64,000 nucleotides of DNA from Squalus acanthias. Lineage: Eukaryota. How positions within the stretch are numbered: the stretch's first letter is position 1; every line of letters starts with the position of its first letter. The notes below the pieces were generated by a model, which saw only the letters and a program-made list of their open reading frames with translations, searched no databases and was not told the origin of the DNA. The DNA lies in contig CM059432.1 of the NCBI GenBank assembly GCA_030390025.1, positions 121,522,001 through 121,586,000 of the forward strand, written 5' to 3'. This document shows positions 39,301 to 52,317 of the stretch, piece after piece. A program made the position numbers and the translations under genes.

Positions 39301-39834
39301 ATTGATTTCTAGTGCCTGGGCATGCTGCAGCCCTCTGGTCTGTACAATAACTTTAGTAACCTCATATCAGACTGTATCATCCATTTTCGTCACATCAGCG
39401 GGTGTTTGTGTTGTGGGGTGTGTCTGTCAGTGTCTAGGGGGAGGGGTCAATGACCCTTCTGCCCCTTCTCTTCTCGGAATGCCCACCTTGAAGAAGTTCT
39501 GCTCTTCTCTCCGATGTGAATTTCTAATGTTTTCTGGTTTTCCCTCACTATGTTAAACTGACTAAAATTACAGTTGAAGCAAGTTCAGCCGACTTGTCCA
39601 AAGGAACCAATCTCAGGATAAAATGTGTGCAGTAGCGTGCTGTAGGCAGGACATTGACATTTGTTGAACAGTCTGATTCACCAGCAGATTAAAGAGCACC
39701 AGCTATCATGTAGACTTGTGAGCATTTTCATTTGTAATTCTATGGGGTTCAATTTACAGTGATCACTGGATGTCATTTCCAACCAAAAATCAATATCTCT
39801 ACAGAGCAATAAGGATTACACTTACAGACATACA

Positions 39835-39938
39835 AGCCTGGATTTTCTGATCAATGTTAGTTTTACACTGGCAGTAACTCAATTAAAATAAATGAGTTAG
39901 CGCCAGCATTAAGTAATGTTGATCAGAAAATCCAGGCT
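39835..39938. mobile_element. 104-bp miniature inverted-repeat element
   Basis: 20-bp perfect TIR AGCCTGGATTTTCTGATCAA / TTGATCAGAAAATCCAGGCT, similar to the Harbinger MITE ends. Confidence 0.7.
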
Positions 39939-40074
39939 ATAGTTTAAAGGTAGTTCACAGAACAGATAAATGTAATTTTGCAGACTACAGCCGAGATACT
40001 GGTGTTGGTGCACTAATATGGGGCTACTTCAGGTTTCTGAGGAAGGTTACAATCGTTGCCACACCCCTTCCAGA

Positions 40075-40504
40075 GGGCAGCACGGTGGCATAGTGGTTAG
40101 CACTGGTGCCTCACAGCGCCAGGGACCCGGGTTCGAATCTGACCGCGGGTGACTGTCTGTGTGGAGTTTGCACATTCTCCCCGTGTCTGCGTGGGTTTCC
40201 TCCGGGTGCTCCGGTTTCCTCCCACAGTCCAAAAATGTGCGGTTTAGGTTGATTTGGCTATGATAAATTGACCCTTAGTGTTAGGGGGGGATTAAATATG
40301 TGGGGTTATGGGGATAGGATGGGATATGTTAGGGGGAATTAAATACATGGGGTTACGGGGGTAGGGTGGGATATGTGTACTGTGGGGATTAAAGCAGGGA
40401 CAGGGTACTGGATTTGGATGATCAGCCATGATCGTATTGAATGGTGGAACAGGCTCGACGGGCCGAATGGCCTACTCCTGCTCCTAGATTCTATGTTTCT
40501 ATGT
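40075..40504 (+). mobile_element. V-SINE (HE1-like) with a CR1-derived tail
   Basis: tRNA head TGGCATAGTGG / GGTTCGAATC. V domain GTGTGGAGTTTGCACATTCTCCCCGTGTCTGCGTGGGTTTCCTCCGGGTGCTCCGGTTTCCTCCCACA. Tail TTCTATGTTTCTATGT. Confidence 0.92.
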
Positions 40505-40739
40505 CCAGTGCGGCAGGAATGGTGGGAGAAGGAGCAAATGGTGTCTCCTCAATAGCAGGAAGATGTCAGTCTGCAGAGATTTGCTAAGGCAAACCAAAAA
40601 TACTGTATGTGTGACGGACAAGTTGACAAATAAAAAATCATCTCTATTATTTTAATCCTTTTGTGGTAAGCAGTAACAGGAAGTTACTCAGATGCAGTAC
40701 TGGCATAATAGGACCAGGACAAAGAACGCTTCCTATAAA

Positions 40740-40842
40740 GAAAGAAAGAAAGACTTGCATTTATATAGCACCTTTCACAACCACCGGACGTCTCAAAGCG
40801 CTGTACTTTTGAAGTGGAGTCACTGTTGTAATGTGGGAAACT
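40740..40842 (-). mobile_element. Deu-SINE 3' tail fragment
   Basis: AAAGAAAGACTTGCATTTATATAGC...CACTGTTGTAATGTGGGAAAC, matching 1595-1700. Confidence 0.75.
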
Positions 40843-41369
40843 ATGAATGGGGATATGTCAAATGTACGGTCTACTTGCAACTTGTGTGTCCAACAACAAT
40901 TCTTAAATGAGCTTCACACAATGCATCTTCCACTTGTAGTCGGTAGTATGCCTCAGAGGTTGTGCAGTTGCACAACATGGTCACTGTTCTGTGTATTTTC
41001 AAGATGTCTGTGCCATTCTTCTGCTCGCAGAACAAACTGGTACAGGTATACAATCACTGGGGGCAGAACCGTACAGTTGGGGCCCAAAGATTTCAAGACC
41101 CTGACCCCTTTCAAGGACGGCACCCTTGATATCATTGGCAAGGAGAGTATTGATGTTGATTAGGAAATGGTGAGGCTGGAGAGTTCAGTATCTTGAAGAT
41201 CAATTATGCAGCAGTTTGTCTGTGACACCTTGACTACCTATGAAGCCGGCAATAATAACTAAAACAACCTAGTGCACACTTTCAGCACAGTACTGCATGA
41301 GAACTACTTACCTAACCGTACTTTGACATGCAGGTTGGAAATGTGTGCTGCTTTGTACACCAGAGATTC

Positions 41370-42340
41370 CATCCTGGTTCAGGACTTCAGCACTCCAGGA
41401 GGACAAAACCGAGGCTCACACTTCAGCGCAGCACTGAGAGAGTGTTGCATTGTCGGAGGAGCAGTATTTTCAGATGATGGGTGGATTTTAACCACGAGGC
41501 AAGTGTGAAACGGGTTCGCTGGCATTAATTTCAGGGCCCAGGTATTTTATCTCATCCACGTGCTGCCGGTCGGCTGCCCGTCTGAAGTGGTAGAAAGGGA
41601 CATCTGGCCGGTGGGCGGGAGAGGAAGTTTGATCAGCACAGAAGCTGCCCGCCAGCACTATGGGAAAGCCTGCTGGCACGCAGGTTAGTCCCGGAGGATG
41701 TTGCTCAGCAGGGTCTCACGGATGGAGGGAGGTGGAGCCCGGGGCAGGAGAGGGAGACTCCTGCTGCTCCTGGCCCCACTAAGGAAAGTATACTTGCCTT
41801 GGAGGGCTCCCATTGCCTTCAAAACAGATATTGCGGGGCTTCAGCGGCAGGCGCCTTACTCAGGACAAGGTTAAAATGTCGATGGCGTTCAACTGACATT
41901 ATAGCACTCCGATTAGCATTTATGCTCAGTCTGGTAGCCACCTCATCTGTCATCAAAACCCATAGCGATAAAATTTAATATCAGTGGGAACGGAGCAGGA
42001 AAAAGAGCCTCTATCTCGCTGAGCAGAAAGAGTTCAGATTACCCCATAGATGTTAAACTGTAACATTGTGCCTGTTTAAGTGGTGTCAAAAGATTCCAGG
42101 ACACTCTTTGAAAAATAGCAGAAGATCTCCTGATGTCCTAATCAACATCCTACCTTCAACCAACACCTCCAAAACAGATTAACCGATGATTCATCTCATT
42201 TGCTATTTGCTGCGTGCAAATTCGCTGCCACATTTGCCTAGATAACGACGACTACATTTTAAAAGTAATTAATTGGCTGTGAAGTACTTTGGAACGTGCT
42301 GAGGACATGAAAGGTGTTATACCAATGTCAACCCTTTCTT
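41370..42340 (+). mobile_element. Old Deu-SINE split by a MITE (about 41478-42045)
   Basis: The SINE core stops at ..TTTTCAGAT and resumes AGATGTTAAAC. The insert begins GGGTGGATTTTAA and ends GATTACCCC. Confidence 0.65.
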
Positions 42341-42889
42341 GTTAACCTTCAAATTACATAGGCATTGCGGTTAGCCTTTGCAGTAAAGTACAAGCTTAGA
42401 TGTCAGGACAATCTGATGAAACCCTGAAGAACTACAGAAGACTACATCAATTTCATTACCATCAATGTAAATTCTAGAGTTATGGTGCTGTAGGAACTAA
42501 ATATAGAGGCAAAAAATGATTCTGCGTTACTGCAACTAATAAGATACAACCCAAACTCAAAATAAACATGCCATAAATTAACATTGTCATTAAATTTTGA
42601 CGTGTATTTGTGGAGAAATAAAACTGTAATTCTACCTTCCCTACTTGTAAATACTAGCTTTATCCTCTGAAGGATGCTAAGGCATGTGAAAAATTACCAC
42701 TAGAAAATGAATGGTTTGTGGGAATGCAGAAATATGTGGTGAAGCTAAAAAGCTGCATCCCATGTCAAGCTATATTTCCTGACAAGCATCAGCTTCTATG
42801 GATGTCAGGATTGCCAGATGGATCATGGTTAAAAGTAAGCATAGATTTTAAGGATTTATCAACTGCAGCATAGATATATTCCACTCCAC

Positions 42890-43188
42890 GTTTTCTGATG
42901 AGACGGCCCTGTCTGCCATCTCAGGTAGACGTAAAAGATCCCACGCCACTATTTCGAAGAACAGCAGGGCAGTTCTCCCCAGTGTCCTGGCCAATATGTA
43001 TTCCTCAACCAACACCTAAAAACAAATTATCTGGTCGTTGTATGTGGGAGCTTGCTGTGCACAAATTGGCTGCCATGTTTCCTACATTACAACAGTGACT
43101 ACACTTCAAAGTACTTCATTGGCTGTAAAGCGCTTTAGGATGTCCTGAGGTCATGAAAAGCATGATATAAATTCAAGTCTTTCTTTTT
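42890..43188 (+). mobile_element. 5'-truncated Deu-SINE
   Basis: GATGAGACG..AAAGATCCCA..CTATTTCGAAGAACAGCAGGG core and a full tail. Confidence 0.8.
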
Positions 43189-44749
43189 ATGAGTACAGTC
43201 AGCTAGGTGGTTAAGACAGGATGGAGCACACAACAAGACCACAGTGTTCTGAAGAATTGTGTAAGTAACAGCGTGCACTATATAGCTCTGAACAGTGCTG
43301 TGCCTTGTGTCCTAGCTGAGGGATATCTAATTAGAGTTAATGAATGCTCCCAATACCTTTTGATAAAGATTGTAAAACCAATGTCAGCCAGCACAGTTAG
43401 TTCTCAGTTGCACAAAATACTTATCATTTGGCATACTCCAAGATGTGAAAATGGACAATGGACCAGCTTTTAATAGCACTGAATTTAAGAACTGTTCATT
43501 TCCGTGTTTTCAGGCACCAAACTGTAGTCCATTATTAGTCTAAAGGCAGTGATGAAGTGGAATACTTTACGAAAACAGTGGGAAAAGCAATTTACACTGC
43601 TACCATTGTAGAAAAATCAGAATAAGCAAGAACAAGTATTTCTTGCTGCAGGAACTTTATTTGCTTAAAAAAAATTATGAATCAAGCTAGCGACCCAACA
43701 GATAACACGGTACTGGTGATGATTGACTAGCTGCACATTGGTGAATTAGGAACCTTTTCTGTTCACATTGAATTGAGCCTAAGGGGCCAGATGACTACCT
43801 AGGTGCAATCAACATCTTTCGGGCAATCCAGCAGTGCTGTGAGATTGGATAGCCCTGTCATGCTGCTATTGCTGTTCAGTGGGAAAAGAAATTAAGCTGT
43901 TGTCCCTGCCGAAGAATGCACCGACATCTATTTGATACATCTGTGGACAGCAATTTGTCTGATGTTGCATATGTGTTCTGTGGTAGCTTAGAAAGAGCTT
44001 GAGTCAATGAAGGACTGTCATTAATAATGCCATTCCTTTGATGGAAGTGATTGGAGGTTTCCTGCGAGTAGATGGCATAGCTCTGTAACTGCCCCTCTGA
44101 TGAACCGGAGTCCATGAAGGCAGTTCTCCTTTATCATGGCCTAGGCCTGCAGGTATAGTTGATGGCATAATAGTGGGACAGAACAGTCCATCCTTAGTGC
44201 TATCTGATATCCTTATTGCTGCTGTGTTCTTCATCTTGTTCCACTAAATGTAGTGTGACAGAAGCACTTATATCAATTTCCATAGCTTAGAACTGAATGG
44301 CAGCAAAAAGAAAGGAGCACTGTAGAGTCAATAAATCTCTTCACAACTGGTGAGAGTCTGGCTGGTCTTCGGCGGCCATTTTAAATGGAAGCTCAGCGCA
44401 CTGCAAGAATTCAGGGATTTTGTAGGCTCCCCTATTAACACCTGATTTGTGCGGTTTTGAATTTAAAGCGAAGCAGGCAGCAGCTGACGGGGAGCTTTAT
44501 GCAAAGCACCGAACAGATGGAAAGGGAGTGAGTTCCTAAACCTGCAATTTTTCTGGCCCTGCTTGCATAATTTCCACCACAAACAATTGACTAGCTTCAA
44601 TAATGGTTAAGCATTCATATTCCACTAACAGTTTACATGGCAAAACCATTTCTCACCTCCCCTTTTGTGCTTTTAGTACCAAACTTTGACTGATCGACCA
44701 GTTAAAATAATCTTTCACTTTTTACCCTCTCAAGTCCTTTCACAATTTT

Positions 44750-45120
44750 CAACATTTCTATTTGATCCTCTCTGAACATTCTTTGCCAAGTGAATTCATC
44801 CCAGTTATTTTTAAGTTTCTTATCATAACTATATCCTCTCATCCTTAAATATCATCTCTGTGAATCTACAATGTACCTTTTCCATGGCTCTAATATCCTT
44901 TCTATAATGGGGTACTCAAAACTCCACCCAAATACTTCAGCTGTGGCCTAACCAATGTATTGTACAGATTCATCATCACTTATTTTCTTTTGTATTCATT
45001 CTCCCATATATAAAACCCAGATCCCAGTTGACCTTTTCATGAGTTAAGCCAGACGGAGTCCTGTTTTTAAGGATCTGAATACCTGTACCTTTAGGTATCT
45101 TTGATCTTAAACACCATTGA
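44750..45120 (-). mobile_element. Old CR1 fragment
   Basis: Decayed match to the CR1 RT C-terminus (CAAAACTCCACCCAAATAC..GGCCTAACCAATG). Confidence 0.5.
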
Positions 45121-45923
45121 GAAGTTTGCCGTGAAGAGTATAGGGGGAGTATTACAAATTTGCACTCCCCGTGTGGACTTTTGTTCAACTGTACACTTTA
45201 GGGTAAATTCAGCAATGTTGTGCTCCTGACACAAGCAGGTCAATTAAGATGCAAATTGATTTTGTGATCTGCACTTCTGTGCATTAAGGCTCCATGCCAG
45301 GAGCACAGAATAACTGAATTTACTCTGTGGTAATTTCCTCTAAGGACTTGATCATGGTGATCAAACACAATCTGGCCCTCGCAAGTCCAAGTTGAAAGCC
45401 CCTGATTATCCCTTACCATTCTAAGCATTCACTGATTGTTATTTCACATTTATGATTTCTATCAGTTTACCTACTACAAATGTGATGCTAACCGGTCCAG
45501 TTACCCGGAACAGGAGTGTGCGATAATCACCAGACTCCAGTCCTTTGGTATAATTCCTGTTTCTAAATAATCTTGGAAAATTATTTTAGAAACCGGGACT
45601 GGTGGCTTATCAGCTTTAAGTCCTCTTAACCTTTAATATATAACTAGTCAATCTCTCGTGATAGTGCAAACAATATGTCAGAGAATATGATGACTCTCCT
45701 ACCTGTCTCCGCAATCTTTGTGTTGCTGTTTGTCTCTCCTTTTCTATCCCTTTATCTTATGTGATGCTTGTCTCCCCTCAACTCCTCTTTTTGCTTTGCT
45801 CTCCATCTTTTTCTTCTTCTCATTCAGCTAGGAGGTGATGGGTGGTCTGGTGTGGTGTGATGGAGAAAGGAGCCACCAATGGCTGCGGGTTCCATTTGGA
45901 GTGGGAGTTGTGAGGAAAATGTG

Positions 45924-47009
45924 GCCCTCAGCAGATCTACCTCCACTCCCTCAGCAGATCCACCTCCACTCCCTCAGCAGATCTACCTCCACTCCCTCAG
46001 CAGATCCACCTCCACTCCCTCAGCAGATCCACCTACACTCCCTCAGCAGATCCACCTCCACTCCCTCAGCAGATCCACCTCCACTCCCTCAGCAGATCTA
46101 CCTCCACTCCCTCAGCAGATCCACCTACACTCCCTCAGCAGATCCACCTCCACTCCCTCAGCAGATCCACCTCCACTCCCTCAGCAGATCTACCTCCACT
46201 CCCTCAGCAGATCTACCTCCACTCCCTCAGCAGATCCACCTCCACTCCCTCAGCAGATCTACCTCCACTCCCTCAGCAGATCCACCTCCACTCCCTCAGC
46301 AGATCTACCTCCACTCCCTCAGCAGATCTACCTCCACTCCCTCAGCAGATCCACCTCCACTCCCTCAGCAGATCTACCTCCACTCCCTCAGCAGATCTAC
46401 CTCCACTCCCTCAGCAGATCTACCTCCACTCCCTCAGCAGATCCACCTCCACTCCCTCAGCAGATCCACCTCCACTCCCTCAGCAGATCTACCTCCACTC
46501 CCTCAGCAGATCCACTTCCACTCCCTCAGCAGATCTACCTCCACTCCCTCAGCAGATCTACTTCCACTCCCTCAGCAGATCCACCTCCACTCCCTCAGCA
46601 GATCCGCCTCCACTCCCTCAGCAGATCCACCTCCACTCCCTCAGCAGATCCACCTCCACTCCCTCAGCAGATCTACCTCCACTCCCTCAGCAGATCTACC
46701 TCCACTCCCTCAGCAGATCTACCTCCACTCCCTCAGCAGATCCACCTCCACTCCCTCAGCAGATCCACCTCCACTCCCTCAGCAGATCCACTTCCACTCC
46801 CTCAGCAGATCTACTTCCACTCCCTCAGCAGATCCACCTCCACTCCCTCAGCAGATCCACCTCCACTCCCTCAGCAGATCTACCTCCACTCCCTCAGCAG
46901 ATCCACTTCCACTCCCTCAGCAGATCTACTTCCACTCCCTCAGCAGATCCACCTCCACTCCCTCAGCAGATCCACCTCCACTCCCTCAGCAGATCTACCT
47001 CCACTCCCT
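45924..47009. repeat. 23-bp minisatellite, roughly 47 copies
   Basis: Unit CCTCAGCAGATCYACYTCCACTC repeated in tandem. Confidence 0.97.
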
Positions 47010-47039
47010 CCCCCAATCACTTGTGCTTTCCCTCACTCC

Positions 47040-48050
47040 CATCACATCCAGAGTAGAAGTAGAGTCAGTGGAATTATTTTAGAAGTTAGGACTGCTGCAA
47101 AAAGTATGCTTCCATTCTGCAAAAAAGATACGAATCATGAACCTAAAAAGTATCAGTCCATAAGTTTGATTCTTTTATCATGATAAAGAAAGTGAAGTTA
47201 ATTAAAAAGGAAGCAGTTCATGTGCAAGTAGCAAGAAAGAAGGCAATAAATACAGGCCTATGTAGCTTTATGAAATTTTCATTTATTGGAATTTTCTTTG
47301 TGGATGTATCACTTATTAGATGGAAGTAAAGTGGTTAGTATTATATATCTTGATAATTTGATAAGGTTCCTCATAAGAAACTCGTTGCTGAAATAAAAGC
47401 TCATGGGATCCAAGATGAAATTTAAAATTGGATTATTAGTTGGCTGAATGGTTGGAAACAGATGGTAGTTATCAATGGTAATAGCTCTCATTGGGCAGCT
47501 GTGGGTAGCAGAGTTCCCATAGATCACTCCTATGATCCCAGCTGTTTATAATTTTACCAAATAATATTGATGAAGACATAGTACGTCGGCTGTCCAACTT
47601 TGCAAAAGATGCCATGTTGTGTGGGAAAGCAGGATGTTCTAAGGAAAGGGATACTTTCAAAATGATCTATAAACAAATATTAACTGAGCCAATGACTAGC
47701 AAATAGTATCGCACAGTAGGAAATGTTAAGTAACATGTAGAAGTACTAAAATAAGGAATATGATTATAAAATGAGGAAAGCCTTAAATAATGAGTGTGCT
47801 TGTTGAATCAGCTGCTGAAAAGGTTGTCACATTGTATGGCTTCAAGCTCAAGGCAAATAGATTAGCACCGTATAAGTCCAAGCTTGTCATAATAAGACTC
47901 TGTAACCATTGGTGAGACAAGGCTTGAAATGTTCTATATGGTTCTGGTTATCATACTTACAAAATGATGTAGAGGCATTAGAAAGAATTCAGAGAAAGGC
48001 AGCAAGGATAATACAAAGATTTAAATCAATCATTGAAGAGAAGTTGAAGG
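47040..48050 (+). mobile_element. Highly decayed CR1 RT region
   Basis: Remnants of YQSISL, FDKVPH, LKAHGI and RKDVEALERIQRKA motifs. Confidence 0.6.
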
Positions 48051-48074
48051 AATTTGAGCAGATTCTCCAGGCTG

Positions 48075-48270
48075 ATACTTGAGTGCAGTCTTGAGGAAGT
48101 GCTGCATTGTCAGAGATGTTTCGGACGAGGTGTTAACCTGAAGTCCCATCTGCTCTCTCAGGTGAATATAAAAGAACCCATGGGATTATTCGAAGAAGTG
48201 CGGGAGAGTTCCCCATTGTCCTGGCTGACATTTCTCTCTCAAGCAACACCTAAAACAGTTCTCATTGGTT
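48075..48270 (+). mobile_element. Decayed Deu-SINE core
   Basis: GTGCTGCATTGTCAGAG..CCCATGGGATTATTCGAAGAAG. Confidence 0.6.
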
Positions 48271-48447
48271 AAAAAGATTAATGTCTGCCTTGAAAATATC
48301 AGCATATGAACACTTAGGCCCCGATATTAATATGAAGGTGGTTTCACACTTCCAAGCTGTGCAGTGGGTGTGATGTGCACCCACATGATGCAATCGCAGC
48401 TGTATTTAAAGGGACTGCGCACAAATGGAAATTGGAGGTGTTCAAAG

Positions 48448-49690
48448 ATGGATGGTGGACATAGAGCAATGGCAACACCCAGATTCAATGATGCATCACT
48501 GGAATTACTGCTGGGTTCAATCAGGAGCAGGAGGGACATACTTTTTCTCAGCAATAGGAGGAAGAAACCTGTGACTCTCGTCAAGAAGGCATGGTTGGAG
48601 GTAGCTGAGGAGGTGAGCAGCAAGAGCGTTGTGCCCAGGTCTTGGAAGCAATATAGGAAACGGTTTAATGACCTAACCAGGTCAGGAAAAGTGAGTACAT
48701 TTGCTGATTCAACTATATCCTGTGGTTTAAGCCCCTGGCCCCTTTCACTCTATCTTGCTCAGTGTTTTCCATCACATCACTCCTCACGCAATGTGATGTA
48801 TCTGTCTGATAGTCACCCTCACCAAATGCACTGCATCCATCGGGTGAATACCTCACATTCACCCACTCACTGGTCTGTTTTCTCGCCCCTTGTAGGAGAA
48901 GAGAGCGCAAAACACAAGGGAGAGGACTGGAGGTGGGCCACCACAAATAATCCAGCTCATATATGCAGAGGAGTAGGCCCCAGAGATAAGTGACACATCT
49001 GTGTCCCTCTCAGTTGGAGATGAAGAGATAGGAAGCTCGCAGATAGATCATGACAGAATTACAAATATCTCTGACACACTTATGCTGACTTTATTTCATC
49101 AATGACTGAGCTATGAGAAGACTCAGTATGGTGATTGTCAAGATTGTGACTTCAGCATAACTTAATCATATCCCTTTCCTTTGTCTTCCAGGGCCTTACG
49201 TGTACAGCAAGTGTTGCAGGACATCCATGACCACTACCATGCAAACTCTGGATGCCAACTTGTATGCTGCCTTAAACAGAATGACAGATACCTTACCTGT
49301 GGCCTTACAACGCATCACTGATCTTCACCAATCTGGTCTGCAGCAGAGTGGTAGGAGTGATGTGGTGCTGGTCCAGGAGAGTGCTGGTGGTGAAAGGGGA
49401 CATGGTGGTGGGAACTCCTCTAAAAACGCTTCCACTTCTCACCCATTCCCCCCCCTCAGCCAATACCCAACATGCTGCCTTGTCTCCCGATGGCCGAGTC
49501 TGCCCCTACACAGGTGCAGGTGGAGCAGTCTTTGGCAGGGCCATCAGGGCCTTCCAAACACAGAGGGCGTAGCCCAAAAGCATCTCAGCAGTCAGGGCAG
49601 GGATCTGAACAGCCTGCCTCTACCTCTGCTGAAGCCACATGGGCTGCACCATATAGAAGCGGTAGGAAGCATAAGTTCAAGAAATTTTAA
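48448..49690 (+). pseudogene. Three-exon Harbinger Myb/SANT gene
   Basis: Exon 1 48448-48690 PRFNDASLELLL..KKAWLEVAEEVS..RKRFNDLTRSGK|gtgagt. Exon 2 from 48896 EKRAQNTRERTGGGPP. Exon 3 from about 49192 is degenerate. Confidence 0.8.
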
Positions 49691-49999
49691 TTCCCCAAGG
49701 GTATGCATATGGGTGTTTGACAAAGTGTTATGTTAAGTTTCCTTTTTTTTTATAATGCCACATAAAATTTATTGATTTGCACCACTTCCATGTCTTGCCC
49801 ATTACTGCGTCCCAAGTACCAACTCGCTCTTTCACTTGTTTCATGATGAATGTCAATACATGACAGGACCCATTAGGTGGATGTGCAATGGGTGGATGAG
49901 TGGTGCAAAGGGGGGTTGGTCCTGGTGGTGGCAGCGGACCACAGGATTTCATTTGTTACATTTCACACTAGGTGAACCTTCACAATATTAGGACATCTC

Positions 50000-50382
50000 T
50001 GGTATCCCGGGCAGCAATGTAATTGGTCCGTGCCTTTTTCCTTTTTTTCTCTCTCTCCCCCCACGGCAGCTGTCTCTGATTCTGCCAGCATTTCACACCT
50101 TACCTTTTGTTTCTCAACCTGTCCCATTACCATCTCGTCTTGCCTTGAGCATCTCTCAATGTCTCTACTCACTAAAGACCATCCCTTTTGTTCTTTTATT
50201 CCTCCCCCCAGCCTCCCCCTTGCATTTTTATCTGTTTATTTCTTGCTCTCTCAGTTCCGACGAAGGGTTTCGACCTGAAACGTTAACTCTCTTTCTCTCT
50301 CCACGGATGTTGCCTGGCCTGCTGAGTTTTTCCAGCGTTTTCTATTGTTATTTCGGATTTCCAGCATCCGCAGTATTTTGCT
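50000..50382 (+). mobile_element. Penelope-like terminal fragment with a decayed hammerhead motif, inserted in the Harbinger
   Basis: Pyrimidine-rich run, then AGTT-CCGACGA-AGGgtttcgaCCT-GAAA-CGTT-AACT (50253-50288) and GGATGTTGCCTGGCCTGCTGAG. Confidence 0.65.
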
Positions 50383-50399
50383 ATCGTATCAATGTAAGT

Positions 50400-51436
50400 G
50401 GCTGGTCTGGCAATGGGTGCCCCATCTTCATCTTCCTCCTCCGACTGCTCCTATGTTCTCCACATCTGAAGATGAGTGATGAGCCTCTTTGTCCTCCTCC
50501 ACCTGCAATCCTCTCTGCTGCACAATGTTGTGCAGGACGCAGCACACCACTATCATTATAGAGACCCCTGCTGGAGAGTACTGAAGGGTGCCTCCAGACC
50601 AATGTAGGCTTATTCCGATTGCATGCTCTACGACACACCTGGTGGTCATGTGGCTCTCATTGTAGTGCTCCTGCATCGCCTTGGTGGGGTTCCTCACAGG
50701 AGTCATGAGCCAAGTTTGAAGGGTGTATCCCTTGTCTCCGATGAGCCAGCCCTTAAGTCTGCTTCCTGGAACGAAAAGGTCTGGAATGTTGGAGTACCAC
50801 AGTAGGAATACATCATGATGGCTCCCAGGGAATCTGGCGCAGACCTGCATGAACCTCTTCTTGTGGTTGCACACTAGCTGCGCATTGATGGATGAATAAC
50901 GCTTGCGGATTATAAAAACTCATGGTTGCTGTGGTGGTGCTTGGATTGCCACGTGTGTGCAGTCGATTGCACCTTGTACCAATGGGAAGCCAGCCCGATT
51001 CCGAGTGCCCGCTCATTCTGGCTATTGTCATTAGAGGGGAAATTTACATAATTGCCGGCCCTGGCAAACCATCCATCAATAACCTGCCTTATGCATTTAT
51101 GTGCCACCGACTCGAGATCCTGGAAGTAACTCCTACAGCACCTTTGAAAGATCTGGAGGCGAAAAAGTTGGAGGTGGTCACTTTCACAGTCATTGGTAAT
51201 TCAAGGCCACCAGGTCCAGCAGGTAGCAGGTCTTCCTCTAGGAGGCTGCAGATGTTTGCCACTAGCTGACTTGACAACCTCAGTCTTGGGAAGGACTGCT
51301 CTTCCGAGAGGTCAAGCAAGCTGAGCCTCTGTCTGTGAACCCTTTGACATGGGTAGTGCCTCCTGCAACCTTGGCCTCCCTCCCGTGCGCCTTCCTCCTG
51401 TGCATGTCTCTCCTGTGCATATGCTGATCCCATCAC
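50400..51436 (-). pseudogene. HARBI1-like transposase, frameshifted
   Basis: LPMTVKVTTSNFFASRSF, CARFPGSHHD, WLIGDKGY, YNESHMTTRCVVEHAIG, CCVLHN. Confidence 0.85.
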
Positions 51437-52133
51437 AGCACGTCATCACTGCCATGGCACTGGTCTTCCTCTTCTGATGTGCTGTCAAATACATCTAACG
51501 TGCCTCCCATTCTGATCTTGTCAGTTTGAAAGCCTCCAACATTGAAAAAAGCTGTATCCACACAAGAAGCCTCTGCCAAACGTAGTCACCAGCTGCAGTC
51601 AGTGAGCTTTTATTCAAATGGGACAATGGCAAGTTTAAATACCCACCTGAACTGCTGCTCAATCTCACCTCCATTTCACTGGTCAGTTTCCCGAGCCCAT
51701 GTTAAATTTAGAGGCAAGTTAAAAGCAATTTGCAAAGTCCTCACTGATGTCTGCTAAGGATGTTAATTGCACGAATAAACACCGACCGCCTGCAATAATT
51801 AAATCCCCGACTTCGGCGAGTAGGTTTCTCGCTGGTATCCAAACGCGGCTCCGTTAAACCTGGAAGTGAGTGCGATGGAGCCAGGTTGCACTCCCGATCA
51901 AAAAATCTAAAATTTTAACCCCTGCCCCAGCCGCCCCCCAACCCACCCATTCTTGGGGGTTAAAATTCTCCCGTAATATGTTTGTGTGAAACTCCTTTGT
52001 CCGATATTTTAACAAAGGCTTTATTTAAGTTAAAATAATGGACAAAGGAACTCTATAATCACATTCAGTGTTCATAAGTTAATAATCGCACGGCATAATT
52101 TCAAAGGATGAAGAGAGGAGGCGACATGAATCA

Positions 52134-52317
52134 GGGGGTATTTTTACCTAACCAGCCCTGCGGGAAACAGATACAATCAGATTGGATGCCCGCTTTACAC
52201 CGCCCGATTCTGCCTTCCATTGAAGTCAATAGAAAGAAAAGTCTGGCGGTGAGTGAAAAGGACAGCTGATCTGATCACGTCAGTTTTCCGTTGGGTGGGT
52301 TAGGTTAAAAATCCTTC
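52134..52317. mobile_element. Short MITE-like element
   Basis: Imperfect TIR GGGGTATTTTTACCTAACC / GGTTAGGTTAAAAATCCT. Confidence 0.5.

Larger units (their letters stand above)
48317..51972. mobile_element. PIF/Harbinger transposon with convergent Myb and transposase genes
   Basis: Termini GGCCCCGATATT and AAAATTCTCCC (imperfect) enclosing both genes. Confidence 0.8.

Noticed and set aside
43876..44400. Minus-strand ORFs with an upstream YY1-like GGCGGCCATTTT at 44371
   Set aside because: Short, frame-broken and without a recognisable family; a single motif cannot support a promoter call.
45835..47183. 415-aa and 434-aa ORFs
   Set aside because: Artefacts of a stop-free 23-bp tandem repeat; the same peptide cycles through the frames.
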